From: Tubiluchus corallicola
Taxonomy: Eukaryota > Animalia > Priapulida
DNA length: 64,000 nucleotides
Reading direction: 5' to 3'
Assembly (NCBI GenBank): GCA_030141605.1
Contig: JAQGDQ010000504.1
Coordinates: 1 to 64,000 of the forward strand
Position numbers and translations under genes: made by a program. Below are positions 13,666 through 27,670 of this stretch, piece after piece. The notes beneath the pieces are model-generated. The model was not told where the DNA came from, made no database searches, and worked only from the letters and a program-made list of their open reading frames with translations. Within the stretch, counting starts at the first letter, position 1, and the number at the start of each line of letters is the position of its first letter.

Positions 13666-14503
13666 CTAGCAAATCCCCGCAAAAGATTTTGCGTATAAAT
13701 ACACGTGTAATTAATAATACGCGAACATCCTACCTAGTCCTCATTTATAACGCAAAGCCCGTAACATCCTGCCTACTTACCTAACGCAAAGCCTGTAGCC
13801 CGTAACATCATGCCTACTACTGTATGTCTGTTTATCTAACGCAGAGCAGCTTTTTGCTGAATTAAAGTTATAGAGTACAATGGATGACGTCACAACAATG
13901 CCTTTGCGTCAACAGTTTTCTAAGCGAAAATTGCCGAAAATGGAACCTCTAATTAACTCGCCAGTACTCCTCTCGGTGGACCTGCCCTAAAATATAACCT
14001 ACATCATCGTGTAGCCCTGTCCTTCCTCTTTGTAAAGAGCTATATATCTCCTTCCTAGAGTCCCACCGGGCGACGCTAGAACGTTTTTCCCGCAGGCTGT
14101 TTGGTCAAAATTTCGAAAAAGTTGCGAGTTGGGTCCGGGAAAACGCCCGTTGCGGGGCGACCTGGCCCTCTCGGGAATTCTAAATATGCCTACTACACCC
14201 ACCGCTGAACGGGCTATCTATCCATACCCAGGACCACCCTCGGCCCATTCCCGTTCTCTACATCTCAGCCGTATAACTTTTGCAATTTTTTGCAAAAAAC
14301 GGTCGAAAAAGGGGCATTTTTGGAGGTTTTTCGCCCCCCGTTCCTCCCGGTGGGCCCGATTCGAAAAATAAACCATCAATGGCACGACACTAGATCGAGA
14401 CCTTTCGTTTGATATATAGATCGCCGCAAATGGTGCCGTCGTCCGAGCTGTAGCCTCGAATCTTATATATATATTAAGATACCAAGAATATTAATATATA
14501 GGA
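13666..14503 (-). mobile_element. Non-autonomous Helitron copy H2 (head-to-tail with H1)
   Basis: Same hairpin plus CTAG; 5' end TCCTATATATT. Confidence 0.8.
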
Positions 14504-15378
14504 CTAGCCAAACCCCACAAAAAGAATTTTGTGCACAAATCAACACACAACCCACACCACACCACTCCACCTCATCACACCACACTGCACCACACCATAC
14601 CACTCCACCTCATCGCACCACACTGCACCACACAATACCACCACACCGCACCGCACCGCACCACACCATACCACCCACACCATACCACTCCACCACATCA
14701 CATCACACCACACTGCACCACACCATACCACTGCACCACCCACACACCACACCACACCACCCACACCATAATACTCCACAACATCACACTGCACAGCACC
14801 ACACCATAACACCACACTGCAACACACCACCCACCCACCTACACACCATGCCACCCACACCATACTACTCCACCACATCACACCACACCGCACCACACCA
14901 TACCACTGCAGCACACCGCACCACCCACCCACACACCACACCACACCACCCACACCATTCGACTCCACCACATCACACCACACTGCACCACACCACTTCA
15001 CCACCCACACACCATACCACCCACGCCATAATACTCCACCACATCACATCGCACTGCACCACACCATAACACCACACTGCGCCACAACACCCACCCACAC
15101 ACCACACCACGCCACCCACTCCATACCACACTACCCACACCACACCCCACACACCCTATCACCCCACCACACCATCCATAGCACAACACACAAAGCACAC
15201 CACCACCACACCACATCAAATCCACCACCTCACGTGGTGATCATGATGTTGATGATGATGATGATGATGGTGGCAACGATGACAACACCTATAGCACAAG
15301 CACCAACAGCACAGCATTACAACAAAACCATTCCAAACATTTTTCACAAAGTTGAAACTATGTGCTATAATATAATAA
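14504..15378 (-). mobile_element. Second Helitron-type 3' module with an expanded (CAC/CACAC)n interior
   Basis: CTAG at 14504 and hairpin CACAAAA-AGAA-TTTTGTG. Homologous to the segments upstream of the B genes (from 9949, 20262 and 30435; ending at 43431). Confidence 0.6.
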
Positions 15379-16185
15379 ATAGCAAACGCCCCGCAAAAGA
15401 TTTTGCGTATAAATACACGTGTAATCAATAATACGCGAACATCCTACCTAGTCCACATTTATAACACAAAGCCCGTAACATCGTGTCTACTGTTTGTTTA
15501 ACTAACGCAAAGCCTGTAGCTTTTTGCTGAATTAAAGCTATAAGATTATAGACAGAATACAATGGATGACGTCACAACAATGCCTTTGCGTCAGCAGTTT
15601 TCTAAGCGAAAATTCCCGAAAATAGAACTCCTAACTAACTCGTCGGTACTCCTCTCGGTGGACCTGCCCTAACATATAGCCCACATCATCGTGTAGCCCT
15701 GTTCTTCCTCTTTCTAAAGAGCCATATATCTCCTTCCGAGAGTCCCACCAGGCGACGCTAGAACGTTTTTCCCGCAGACTGTTTGGCCAAAATTTCGAAA
15801 AAATCGCGAGTTGGGTCCGGGAAAACGCCCGTTGCGGGACGCCGTGGCCCTCTCGGGAATTCTAAATATGCCTACTACACCTACCGCTGAACGGGCTATC
15901 TATCCATACCCAGCACCACCCTCGGCCCGTTCCCGTTCTCTACATCTCAGCCGTATAACTTTTGCAAAAAACAGCCGAAAAATGGCCATTTTTGGGGTTT
16001 TTTCGCCTCCCGTTCCTCCCGGTGGGCCCGATTCGAAAAATAAACCATCAATGGCACGACACTAGATAGAGATCTTTCGTTTGATATATAGATCGCCGCA
16101 AATGGTGCCCTCGTCCGGGCTGTAGCCTCGAATCTTATATATATATATATATACCAAGAATATTAATATAATAGTAGATAGTAGA
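15379..16185 (-). mobile_element. Non-autonomous Helitron copy H3 with a mutated 3' terminus (CTAT)
   Basis: Same family as H1/H2; 5' A|TC junction at 16185; the empty site is visible at about 27140. Confidence 0.8.
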
Positions 16186-16224
16186 TATCAACAAGAGAGA
16201 ACTAGGTTATGATGCAATGTTATT

Positions 16225-16760
16225 TAAGTTTTATTCTTCATTCTTCTTCAAAATCGCATTCCATCTATTGCAGACATTGAGGTATCAACATTTATTAGAG
16301 TATTCCACCCACTTCTATCTGCAGCTTACAGCGTAAGTTCTTCTACTCCTAAAGATAGATTTAGTTGAAGTTGTTGAACATCTCCACATATGTTAGCTAT
16401 CCAAGTATTTTTTTGGTAGGCTTATTGAGAACCTTATTACTTAAATATATAAGAAGGTGCCTAAACTTAGCCAGAATTCTATTCTGACGATTATATTCGA
16501 AACTTGTACAAAATCTTATATCTTTGTGAATGCTTACCTAGATATTTGGCAAAGATTAGGAACTGCCATACACAGAAAAGGACTACACAGTTTAAGAGTT
16601 TTGCCAGGTGATTTTCGCAAGGTTTTAAGGCTTCCCTTAAAGAGATTCTTACTGGTGCTTCATTTGGTAATCTTAGAAGAAGTCTAATCTTCGGATTTTG
16701 ACTTTTGAACTTCAAGAAATTTCTTTTGTTCTAGTGTATAAACCATCATTTTTAATTATG
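16225..16760 (-). mobile_element. Decayed RTE-like LINE 3' end
   Basis: Broken frames give RLPNEAPVRISLREALKP and PKNTWIANICGDVQQL...AADRSGW, followed by a GAA-rich tail. Confidence 0.55.
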
Positions 16761-17493
16761 TCGTAAGCAGGGTAAGAAGATGTCTAAATTGGTCTGTTTA
16801 AAATTAATCATCTAAGTTAGTTCTTCTTATAAGGTACAACTACATATTTAGGTTAGGGAGTTAGAATAAATTAAAATAAAAATGTCAGCCAGCATAAACT
16901 TAAGCAAAGACAATTGTTTTATTCAGACAAAGCTTTAGCAACATTTCGACACAGTTAAGGCCATGTTCAGGCAACAGGCAACCTAAATAAAAATACAGTG
17001 CGAAAAATACAATATTCAACATTGTGACAAGTAAACAAGGCAAATACTAAATTGTAAATTTACATGTGTGATACAAACCAAATGTCAGAAAAAATGAAGT
17101 TATGTTACTACAGCGTTGTTCATTCTTTGACAAATGCCTGTAGGTAGTAATAAAAGAAATTTTTGAACAAGTCTTTGGATTTTAATTTTTAAAATTCGTT
17201 TTTCCCATCACCAAACAGTTTAGCAAAGTGATAAAACAATCTATGCGTATGCAGGAGTAGATGAAATTCTTAAAAAAGAAAAGTCAAACACAGTGGAAGA
17301 TAGATTTTATATTATTCAATGCAGAAAAATTCCTACAGACAACAGAGAATTTTTCAGAAGTAAATCTCCATTGATTGCTACTTTATTGGATGCAAGATTT
17401 TATCGTAACGTGCATGTAAATAAACAACTCTCGATTTTGTGAAGTCATGGCATTAGGCGATGGCAAAGTCCTATTTAAAGTGCAAACTCTAAA

Positions 17494-20068
17494 TCAGTTC
17501 GTAATGGATTTACAAATAAAAGTTTTATTTTGTCTACAGCCCTTATCATTCCATTTGAAATCCTTCCATTTCACATGCAAACAGTCTTCTCCTCCTACTC
17601 CATGGTTATCAGGCATTGTCTCTGACCAATTGGTGTATATAATTGGATCACCATTAGAAATCCATATCCAGTTACCTTCTCTGTGTTGATCCGTCCCACC
17701 AAGCCAGGTATCTCCCATTCCTAAGAAAAGTCAAGTTCACTTAATTACTAAACAGAATGAGCGATTAGTTGCAGTTTCATTCCTAAAAGAAGTTGTGTTT
17801 CTTCTAACCCATGTGGGTACCAAGCACAACACTTCTCTCTTTCACTGCTATATAATGAATTTAGTAAGTAAAACAATCATGAACACAAATTTTCCCTGTA
17901 TATTATTATACGCTTCACAAGCATATACTCCTGAAGTTGGTAGTAGGTCCTGACACAAGCAATCAAAAAGTTGTTAGTGCGAAAATTCAGCCTTTCACAT
18001 TGGCCAATGCGAGGTGGATTTTGAATTAGGTTAAAGGGAATAAAGTAAATAACATTTGACTAAAATATTTCAAATACTTTAAATTGCATGATAATGAATC
18101 TTACGTGACACATAGTGGAGAAGTTTGACCCTTTTATTAATCCAGCCTGTGTGTGTTGGCAGAGATACTAAACTCTAGAAATTTTTGAACCAGAAAGTTG
18201 ATCAGTCTTTCAGTGGGATTGGAAAATAAACACCATTTTGATTTAAACTCTTCAACTAAATTGCGTTAACGATGGTGTTTTATTGACGCCAAATTTATAA
18301 TCACAAAATGATCACCCAGAAATGGATGAAAGGAACTGATTTCTATTTTTGAAAAAGTGCATAACTTTTTCAGGTCAATTTTGATTTATTTTGTAAAATT
18401 TAAAGCGTTCTGTATTAATATTAATACAGTAACTGTTTCACGCTGCCAGGCTATCTGCAAAAATACTACACTTTGGAAAAATACTAGGCAGACAGAAAAT
18501 AGATCTAAATTTCACACAGCAATAGAAACCTATCAGAGAAAAACTAGAAAATAATAAAAGTCCTTTTATCAATTAGAACTACACAGAAAGTTTATTTTAG
18601 TGAAACAATAAAAGTGCAATTCTTATTTCTTAAAAATCGAACTTTTCCTGTTTTTTTTCTCGTCATATAATTAAAATCAAGATAATAAGATTACGTCTGA
18701 TGCCAAAGAACCAATTATCAAAGGTAAACGTTTTATAGCAGAAACAGAATCTCTACTATTAGTTGAAAAAACTTTAAGCCTCATTCTTGGTGGGTCCTTT
18801 TCAAAGAGTAAGCAAAAAAGAAATAGGCCCTTAGATCAACTTGACAAAGTAAGTTTTGCTGGATTACTTCACTAATATGCGTACCACTAGAGCTGGATTA
18901 TGACCTTTTGGGCCCCTGGGCTAATAAAATTATGAGGCTTCCCTAAAACGCACCACAAACTAACTCAATAGCACCCGTCTTGAAGATTCTTACTCGGGAT
19001 ATGATTTTACAACATTTACATAGCTTGAAGAAAACTTATTGTAAATTCTTTGAGTAAGAATAGACTAGAATAGTTATATTTTGTTTTTTGATAAACATAT
19101 TCTTTAAGAAAAACTCTATTTTACTATTTACTGCAAACCAAATTAGCACATATTTCAACACAACCATAGTGAAAAACAAATTTTTTTTCGATGTTATCAA
19201 ACCTGGAGGGCTAGGCTGCAGCCTTTTTTTAGCTTATAGGATAATCTGGCCATGCCAATTACATAACACAGTAAAATTTGTTAATGATTTAAATAACTTG
19301 CGTTTGGCTTTAATTTGCTTAACCAAAAAGTTATGTTCAGCAGGGGTCGTTACAGCTGGTAAGTCTCCACCAAGCTGCTTGCAAAACATCACAGCTTTCC
19401 ACCAGTGCAGTTTTGGCGTTGCAAAAAACTGGTAGCAATGTCCATTGTAGAACATTCCACCGCTTGGACAACAAGTTGCATTTGTCCTGGCCTAGAGGAA
19501 AACGAATTATCATTTATAAGAAAAACAGACATCTAGAGCTTATTGTTTCAGAAATGCTTTAACAGACATTTGGCTTTGTGTCACACGATACGTAAGTTTA
19601 CAATTTAGTATCTGCCTTGTTTGCTTCTGACAACGTTGATTTTTGTATTTTGCTCAGTGTATTTTCATTTAGGTGGATTGCTGATTGAACTAGGCCATAA
19701 CCGTGTTGAAACGTTGCAGATCTTTATGTGTGAATAAAAGCCAAATCCTTGCTTAAGTGGGCCCTGGCTAACATTTTTATCTTATGTATTAGTTCTCCTT
19801 GCGACCATTCGGTAATTTACATTTTACAAAAGAGAGCGTAAATAAACACATTTAAAAGTACGAATTTTTGTATGGTGACCTCAAGCAAACTGTGAATAAA
19901 TAACTATTTCTTAATTTACTAGCAGTACTAAGTGTTAAAATGAACAATTGTTTGCATTAACATACATGTAGTTACCTGGTTAGCTTCTCTTTCACTGCCT
20001 GTACTTGAACAAAGCAGAGTAACCAAGACACACAGTAGTAATAAGTCTATCAAGGAACCCACATTCAT
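17494..20068 (-). CDS. C-type lectin gene B2 (169 aa); coding exons 20068-19976, 19491-19302, 17720-17494
   Basis: Paralog of B1 with the same exon structure and MPDN/WND motifs. Intron-2 donor is AAC|gcaagt, a weaker context than in B3/B4. Confidence 0.85.
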
Positions 20069-20211
20069 TGCGCGTATTGTAACTCTTGTCAAGACGAAGA
20101 TGAACTACAAAAACAACTTTTGCAAAAGTAATTAGTGGCAAAAATAAATAAAAATAAATTTCAGAGTAAAAAGAAAAGGGAAGAAAGCACAGAGAACTCG
20201 AACTGTATCGC

Positions 20212-20252
<41 letters not shown>

Positions 20253-20347
20253 CAACAAAAACTAGTCATACCCACAAAAATTATTTTGTGCATAAACAAC
20301 CCACACCACACCACACCACACCAACCGTACCCCACATCCACAGAATT

Positions 20348-21825
20348 TGTTATGAATAAATTTCGGAATCATGAATTAAGCGATTAATTAATGGAGTTAT
20401 CAACTTCATTAGATTATGTTGATAAAGAGACCTCCAAATTGGATTAGATAAATTTATTAAAGAATATGGGAACTCACTTAGCTGATAAAGCATATATTTA
20501 ATGTAAGGCAAAAAATTATCGTCACAAGAGTTTGTGTTTACAAGTAATAGAACAGGTGCTCATTTAGAGAGGAAAAGTTTGTCACAGGTGTTTGAATTTA
20601 GGAGAAGCGAAGCTGAATTTTTATAACATGGCGTGGTTAGATTATACACCTCCTGTAATGTTATGCGAGTTGCTGGACTATAATTGGGAAGGAGCAGGAA
20701 GTAGCTCTTTTCTTGAACAGAAGTTTATGACCCAAGCGACGCAAGGAGCGAAGGACGAAGGTGAATAGCGGAGTTTTCTCATGTAAGAAGCTACGTTACC
20801 TGGACATCTGGATGGTCATAAACCACCAAGCCACAACGGAACCTTTGACCTATTGCAACACCTCGTGCGTTCGCGCGCAAAATTACGAAGACTCCATTGG
20901 AGTATATAAGATGGTGTTGTGGAAGAGCTCGTGGTTAATCGGTTGCGGAACACGTTGGTCGTGAGTCGTCAGTTCGGGAGAGAGGAGATCAAGTCTGGAG
21001 AGGCTACAGGAATTCTGAGAGAAGCAAAGACACGTTAGACCCAGCGTAGACAACTATCTGCGTCCTCAACGAATTGAGCACTGGATCTGCGAATAGAGTC
21101 TTGCAGCGGAATCGGAATTGAACAGTTGTCATTGGTCATTCCACCAAGTTAAGTGAACTTAACCTATCGTAACTTGAGAGCAACTCTGTATAGTAGCTTC
21201 ATCACAGTAATAGACACCTTAAGTGTGACGTGTAGTCGATTGTAATAATATGTTTCACATTGTAAATTAGCACCTTAAGTGCGAAGTGAGAAAATAGTTA
21301 AGGGAATCTGATCAGTGTCTCTTGGAGCTAATTATAAATTGTGAGCGTCTTTGGCGATTAAGATCATACATTGTAATATTAGTGGACTAAGAGTAATTGT
21401 TGTAAACAATAAACGGATTTCGCTTTAACTTAAATTAATAGTTTGAGTATGCTTATAGGTGTTTCAGTTAAGCAACATTAAATTCTGTAAACGAATCTGA
21501 AGATTTGCTGTGTACATTAAGTAATTTACGAGTTCAATTGCGGGAACTTTTGCTAGTAAGCTTTAGAGATTAAGACTCTTTCACAGCGCGGAGTCGTAGA
21601 AACAATCTTGTGAGAAGTTATCATTGCTCTATAGATTTTATCTTAAGCTCTAGTAGCCGGGTTGTGAATAACCTTATAGCAATTAGTGTAATAGATGCAA
21701 ATCACTCCTTAAGTTTTAGGTCACGTTTTATACGATCACATGCAAAAGATAAGAATCAATATTAATTAGGGAGATTAATATTACATAATAAAGAGTAAAC
21801 CAGGATTATTAAGGAGAACACTATA
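20348..21825. mobile_element. 1.48-kb insertion, probable solo LTR, upstream of B2
   Basis: Absent from the paralogous site in B1 (cagaattcacacc). Starts TGTTA, has a 4-bp TSD aatt and an internal gtatataag and aataaa. It ends ..ctata rather than CA. Confidence 0.6.
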
Positions 21826-22223
21826 AATTCACACCTTATCTCACAACACCTTACTATCTAGATTGCATCACCTACAACCACCCAGACTTCACTACACTAC
21901 AACACCCACAGCACACCATGCACAACATCCCACATCCAACACAGCACATCACATGGTGATCATGTCTATGATGATGATGATGATGATGATCACGATCACG
22001 ATAACGACACGTACCATACCAACACCAACAGCAGAGCATCATAGCAAAACCATGCAAAACATTTTGTACAAAGTCATAAATTGCTATAACAAATATTCTT
22101 AGACCCATCTACTAAAGATGAATAATGCACGGTCATTCTACTTGCATCATTTTCTCTATTACCTGTGTACAAGTCGACCATAAAATACTAAGATCTTCCA
22201 GAGTAAATAAAGCCTACAATGGT

Positions 22224-22293
22224 CTACTACTACTATTACTACTATTACTACTACTACTACTACTAGTACTACTACTAGTACTACTACTACTAT

Positions 22294-22369
<76 letters not shown>

Positions 22370-22451
22370 GCTACTACTACTACTACTACTACTACTATTA
22401 CTACTGCTACTACTACTACTACTACTACTACTAATAATAATAATAACAACA
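22224..22451. repeat. (TAC)n microsatellite
   Basis: Visible array. Confidence 0.95.
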
Positions 22452-22452
22452 A

Positions 22453-23107
22453 CTAGGAAAGGCACTGCAAAAAATTTTGCGTATAAATACAGTCATAATC
22501 AAAAATACGCTAGTATTTGTTTATTTACTAAATGCAAAGCCAGCAGCAGCAGCTTTTACTGAATTAAAGTTATAAGGTTATAAGCAGAGTATAATGTCTG
22601 AAGTCAGAACAATGGCTTTGAGTCAGCAGTTTTCCAAGCGAAAATTGCCAAAAATAGAACATCTAATTAACTCGTCGTCACTCCTTTTGGTGGACCTGTC
22701 CTAACATATAGCTTACATCATCGTATAGCCCTCTTTCTAAAGAGCCATATACCTCCTTTCGAGAGTGCCACCAGGCGCCGCTAGTACGGTTTTTCTGCAG
22801 GCTGTTTGACCAAAATTTCGAAAAAAATCGGGAGTTGTGTCCGGGAATACGCCCATTACGGGACGCCGTGACCCTCTCGCGAATTCAAAATATGCCTATG
22901 ACCGTTCCGGGCTCAGTTCAGTTCTTCAGAAATAAGAGGTATAAGTTTCACAATTTTTTGCAAAAAACGGCTGAAAAACAGCCATTTTTGGAGATTTTTC
23001 ACCCCCCCCCCCCGTCAATTCTGGTGGACCCGATTCGAAAAATAAACCACCAATGGCACAACACTAGCCTCGAATCTTATATATAGCAGTAGAATTAATA
23101 TATACGA
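22453..23107 (-). mobile_element. Diverged Helitron copy H4 upstream of B2
   Basis: CTAG plus degenerate hairpin at 22453; 5' TC at 23107; homologous to H1-H3. Confidence 0.7.
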
Positions 23108-24339
23108 TAATAATAAAAACAACAGCAGCAACAGCAACAACAACGACAACAGCAACAACAATAATAATAACATCTTTTCTGTTATGATCATTATCAACAT
23201 TATTGAAAATAACGTGCATTAAACTTACTGTTTAAAGTAGCACTCGGTAAACACACAGTCTATGCCACACACAGACGAAAATCTAAATTACTTGTCTCAC
23301 AGGTTCAAAGTTGAGAACGTGATTGTTGGATTTCCTATTGTGAAAATTTTAGAACATTCTCTTTTTGTTCTCAGAAGTGTTTGTTTGTCTGGTCTAGTTT
23401 AAATGCACATAGGCATAGGTGCCTGGGAGGGAGTCCAGGGCCTAGGACAAATGAATGATATTTTTGGGTATATGTGTATATTTATATGTATAAAATATAT
23501 AAATACTATATATACATATTTTCAGGACAAAAGGTGGCCATTTTGAAGGCAAATAATTCTAGATTAGTTTTTCATAATTTAAGATTTTAGTGTTCAATTT
23601 TTTTTGTACGTGAAGCATCAGCTATTTTTGCTGGCTGTAATTAAAGTGTTTCTGGTATGAAAAATAACCTTTAATTTTTAATTAATTTTATTTTAAAGTT
23701 AAACTGTAGTACCTAACTAGATCAGAATTCGCAATAACTATTGAATTTAGTTCCCAAAACCACGTAAATCTTATACACTTTTTACATACATGCACATCAA
23801 GGTACTGAGAAAGTTATATACATGTTTGCAAAAGAAAAACATAGAAAACAAGCCATCATTATTTCTTTAAATTTCCGAAACATTGGAAGAAGCATATTTG
23901 AAAGTAAGAAAGTTACATACTTTCATATTTGTTTACTGAAAACACAAACATTTAATTTCTGTCTTCTTAGACTCCATCATTTGTTTACGTAGGCCCTTAA
24001 TGTTATTTAATTTGGACTTCTTCTAATACGTGCAGTTTTTATTCTCATTTAGAAATTTTTTAAATTCTACAAACGTCTATACGAAATGAGAATGAGTATC
24101 ATGATTAAGCATCCGCTGTGAAACATGTTGAAGGTGATAACGTCTCGTTTGCAAGTCAGCTTGGAAAAGAGTTCTGCAACGTAGAAGACTTCTGAATACA
24201 TTGAGTTTGTCAGATTGGCATGTAATATTTCCAGTCAAATGTTTTGTCCGATATTGCCACTCCAGGTGGTGCTGTGAATGTGCAGCAGTTTGTGATTTAG
24301 TTGTTGTGTCTTTGTTGGTCATTTTAAGGCATCATTCCA

Positions 24340-27049
24340 TGTACTTGTTCTTCATGCCCATGTGAAGAATATTAGACTTCAAAAGGAGCATCTACGGTTT
24401 CCGTTCGTACAGTCTTCCGCCAAGTCTGGAGCTTCCGACAATAAGAGGACATTCCCACAATGTTGACAGTCTTGATAACTCCAGGAGGTACGTGGCTTGA
24501 TTCTGTGCTGTCCTGCTTGCCTGTCGTTCTCTGTTTTCTTCCAGATACTGAGTGAATTGGACAACTTTCGGAAATTTTCCACTTCTACGTTGATCTCAGT
24601 GTGCTTGGGCGGTCATCCTTCTCATAGCGCATGACCTTAGCTAGCACTCGATCTTCCCCTGACTCTTGTCGGAGGATGTTGGCGTCTACAGACTTGACTT
24701 TAAGACTGAGAACTTTAATGGCACACACCATGTCCATGTCTTTACCATTTTCCTCCCTGTCAAAGTCGTTGTCGTCTCCAGATGGCAAGCGACTAAGGGC
24801 ATCTGCATTGCCGTGATCTGCTGTTTTCTGGTACTCGATGGTGTCGTCAAACAGATTTAGCCACAGGGCCCACCGAGCTAGTTGATTAGCTGCAAGAAGT
24901 GGCGTCCCTTTCTTCAGTCGGAAGAGTGAAGTCAGTGGCTTATGATCAGTCACCAGTGTTTAATGACGCCCGTAGAGGCACTGGTAGAATTTCCGTAAGC
25001 CAAAGATTATGACTATGGCTTCCTTATGTATTTGGCTGTAGTTTCTTTCTGCAGCTGTGAGAGTCTTGGACACATTGGCAATTGGGCCCAACATTGGACG
25101 CGTCACAAGCCAATCCAAGAGGCTTGTCTGGGTCAAAATGCACAAGGACTTGATCTAAGAATAGCAGCCTAGAGAATAGAGAATAGCTGAAATGCTGTTT
25201 ACTCCTTATCTCCCCACTTCCAGGGGACTGTCTTCTTGGACAAGTGGTAAAGAGGCTCTGCCATAGTAGCCAGGTTTAGGATAAACTTCCCGTAGAATTG
25301 AACTGAGCCCAAGAAAGACTTCAAGCTTGAGACGTCTGTAGGAGGTGGCATCTTCATCACTGCCTCGACCTTGGATCCTTTCGCAACCCCTTCAGCCGAC
25401 AAGGAGTGTCCAAGATATTCAATACTTGGTTGTGCGAACAACGACATCTGAGTCCTTTGTCATTCAGACGAGTGAGCAAGCATCTCAGGTTGCTCAGGTG
25501 ATCATTTGCATCTTGCCCGCTGACGAGCATATCGTCTTGGAAGACGGCGACTCCAGGCAGATCGCTGGTCCGGTTCTCCATGATTTCCTGAAAGTAACCA
25601 GGTGCTGACTTGATTCTGAAAGGGACTCATTGCTGCAGGAGTACACCACGGAGGGTCCTGAGAGCTAGCCTGTGTCGACTCTCGGGTGCCAGCTTGATCT
25701 GGTTATGGGCATCAGCAAGGTTGATCTTTGTGTAGCCATATCCGCCTCCCAGCTTTTACATCAGTTACTCTGGGAGTGCCGTTGGATGACGGTTGTCCTC
25801 TAGCTGATTGTTGATGCCGACTGAGTAGTCACCACAGATCCGCAATTTGGGCTTCTGAGTGGCCGGAGCGTAACCTTTACGAATCGGTACCACTGGTGTT
25901 CCGTATTCGTTGAACTGGACTGGCTTCCAGACACCTTTGACGATGTCATCTTCGTAACCGTTGGCCAGGTCATCCCGAAGAGCGAATGAAACTGGTTGTG
26001 CCTTGTGAAAAACTGGCTTAGACTTGAACATCACTTCCAGTGCGAAGTCCTTAAGACACCCTAATTCTTGTTTGAAGAGATCTGGAAAACTCGTCACACA
26101 GGTTGTGGCAAAGTTGTTGCAAGGAAGCATAAGACGTGTAAGAGGTCTCCGGATGTGACGTTTTTACATCCTTGCTCTTGTCTTGACTCTCTATGCTTCT
26201 CAGTCCTAGAGCATTGTCCACAGAAATTCCCAGCTTCTGGATAGCATTTCGTCCAATCAGGTTCAGGTCAGGGACTTGGTTGACGATGTAAGGAATTACG
26301 CATTGTTTACCAGTCTTTGGATCCTTTGTCTGGCCCATGAAAGTTCCCAGCACTGGCAGGTCGTGCTTGCTGGCAGACTCGTAGCGATGTCAGGCCACAG
26401 TTCAGAAGTTGAATCGAAAGCAGCAAATAGTGGAAGGCAGCTGTAAGCGCTGATGCAGGTGGAAGGTGGGTGCTTGAGCTGAAATTCTCTTCAGGAGTTC
26501 GAGCCTGAAGCAGCCTCCTCATAGCATCCATATCTTCTTCGTGTTGCTGCGCCTGCCGATCCATCTGTTCCCTCTGCTGATCCATCTGTTGGCGGAGGAG
26601 CTTGATAAGTTCGCTCCACTGCTCTGCCACCATGGATTGAATAAACAACTGTCCACTGAGTTACCAAGGATCCTATTTGTTGTGTTTTGTTTCTCTTGGA
26701 AGGATCGTATAGAAAACCAGAAAGCACTTCGTCAAATTAAACTAGTTTATTAAGCGAGTATTCTACAACACAAAAGTATGAGGAAAACGCGAAATGTTTA
26801 CAGTAAACGTGAAAATCTGGAAAACGTTTGAGTGTATCTGAAAATACAGGTATACAAGAAAACGTGCAAGTGGCGTCCGTGTGAATCTGGGTGTGTGTGT
26901 CTCAGTGGCCTGCTTCGCCTTATATAGGGTGCCAGGGAACATTCTAGACGTTTCTTTCTAGAACATTCTACAAAGCAAAACGATTATTCTAATGGGACAT
27001 TCTACAATGTTCTATTTAATTCTAATAGATGCCAGCGATCTCCACAACA
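24340..27049 (-). mobile_element. Decayed Ty3/Gypsy LTR retrotransposon (K02A2.6-like pol), internally deleted and 3'-truncated; 5' LTR 26678-27049
   Basis: Frameshifted fragments in Gypsy order: gag start (MVAEQWSELIKLL), protease end (LNLIGRNAI), RT (GTPVVPIRK, LRICGDYS, VFQDDML), RNase H ([25 protein letters not shown]). The left boundary is approximate. Confidence 0.85.
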
Positions 27050-27179
27050 AGTACCTGTCTCTATTATGACGACACATAAAGGTCTACAAAATTTGTGCGT
27101 CGTGTTACTAGCTGTATGTAATTGGTGAAATAATGAACAATATCAACAAGAGAGAACTAGGTTATGACGCAATGGTTAT

Positions 27180-27670
27180 TTAAGTTTTATTCTTCATTCT
27201 TCTTCAAAATCTCATTTCATCTATTGCAGACATTGATGTATCAACATTTTTCAGAGTATTCCACCCACTTCTATCTGCAGCTTACAATGTGAGTTCTTCT
27301 ACTCCTAAAGATAGATTTGGTTGAAGTTGTTGAACATCTCTACATATGTTAGCCATCCAAGTTGTTTTCGGGTAGGCTTATTGTGAAGGCTTATTACTTC
27401 GAAACTTGTACAAAATCTTATATCTTTGTGAATGCTTACCTAGATATTTGGCAAAGATTAGGAACTGCCATACACAGAAAAGGATTACACAGTTTATGAG
27501 TTTTGCCAGGTGGCTTTTGCAAGGTTTTTAGGCTTCCTTTAAAGAGATTCTTACTGGCGCTTCATTTGGTAATCTTAGAAGATGTCTTAATCTTAATCTT
27601 CGGATTTTGACTTTTAGCTCCAAGAAATTTCTTTCATTCTAGTTTATAAACCATCATTTTTAATTATGTC
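27180..27670 (-). mobile_element. Duplicated copy of the decayed RTE-like LINE 3' end
   Basis: Direct paralog of 16225-16760 inside a segmental duplication. Confidence 0.55.

Noticed and set aside
14529-15228. His/Thr/Pro-rich and Trp/Cys/Val-rich ORFs
   Set aside because: Low-complexity CAC repeats inside a Helitron module.
13291-16065. Recurring 80-85 aa ORF MGPGKRPL... that looks like a gene family
   Set aside because: Non-ATG starts, lies inside Helitron copies, antisense to the element, variable ends and no recognisable domain.
26651-26677. Possible PBS TGGTAACTCAGTGG for the Gypsy element
   Set aside because: About 11 nt from the LTR end and I cannot match it to a tRNA 3' end.
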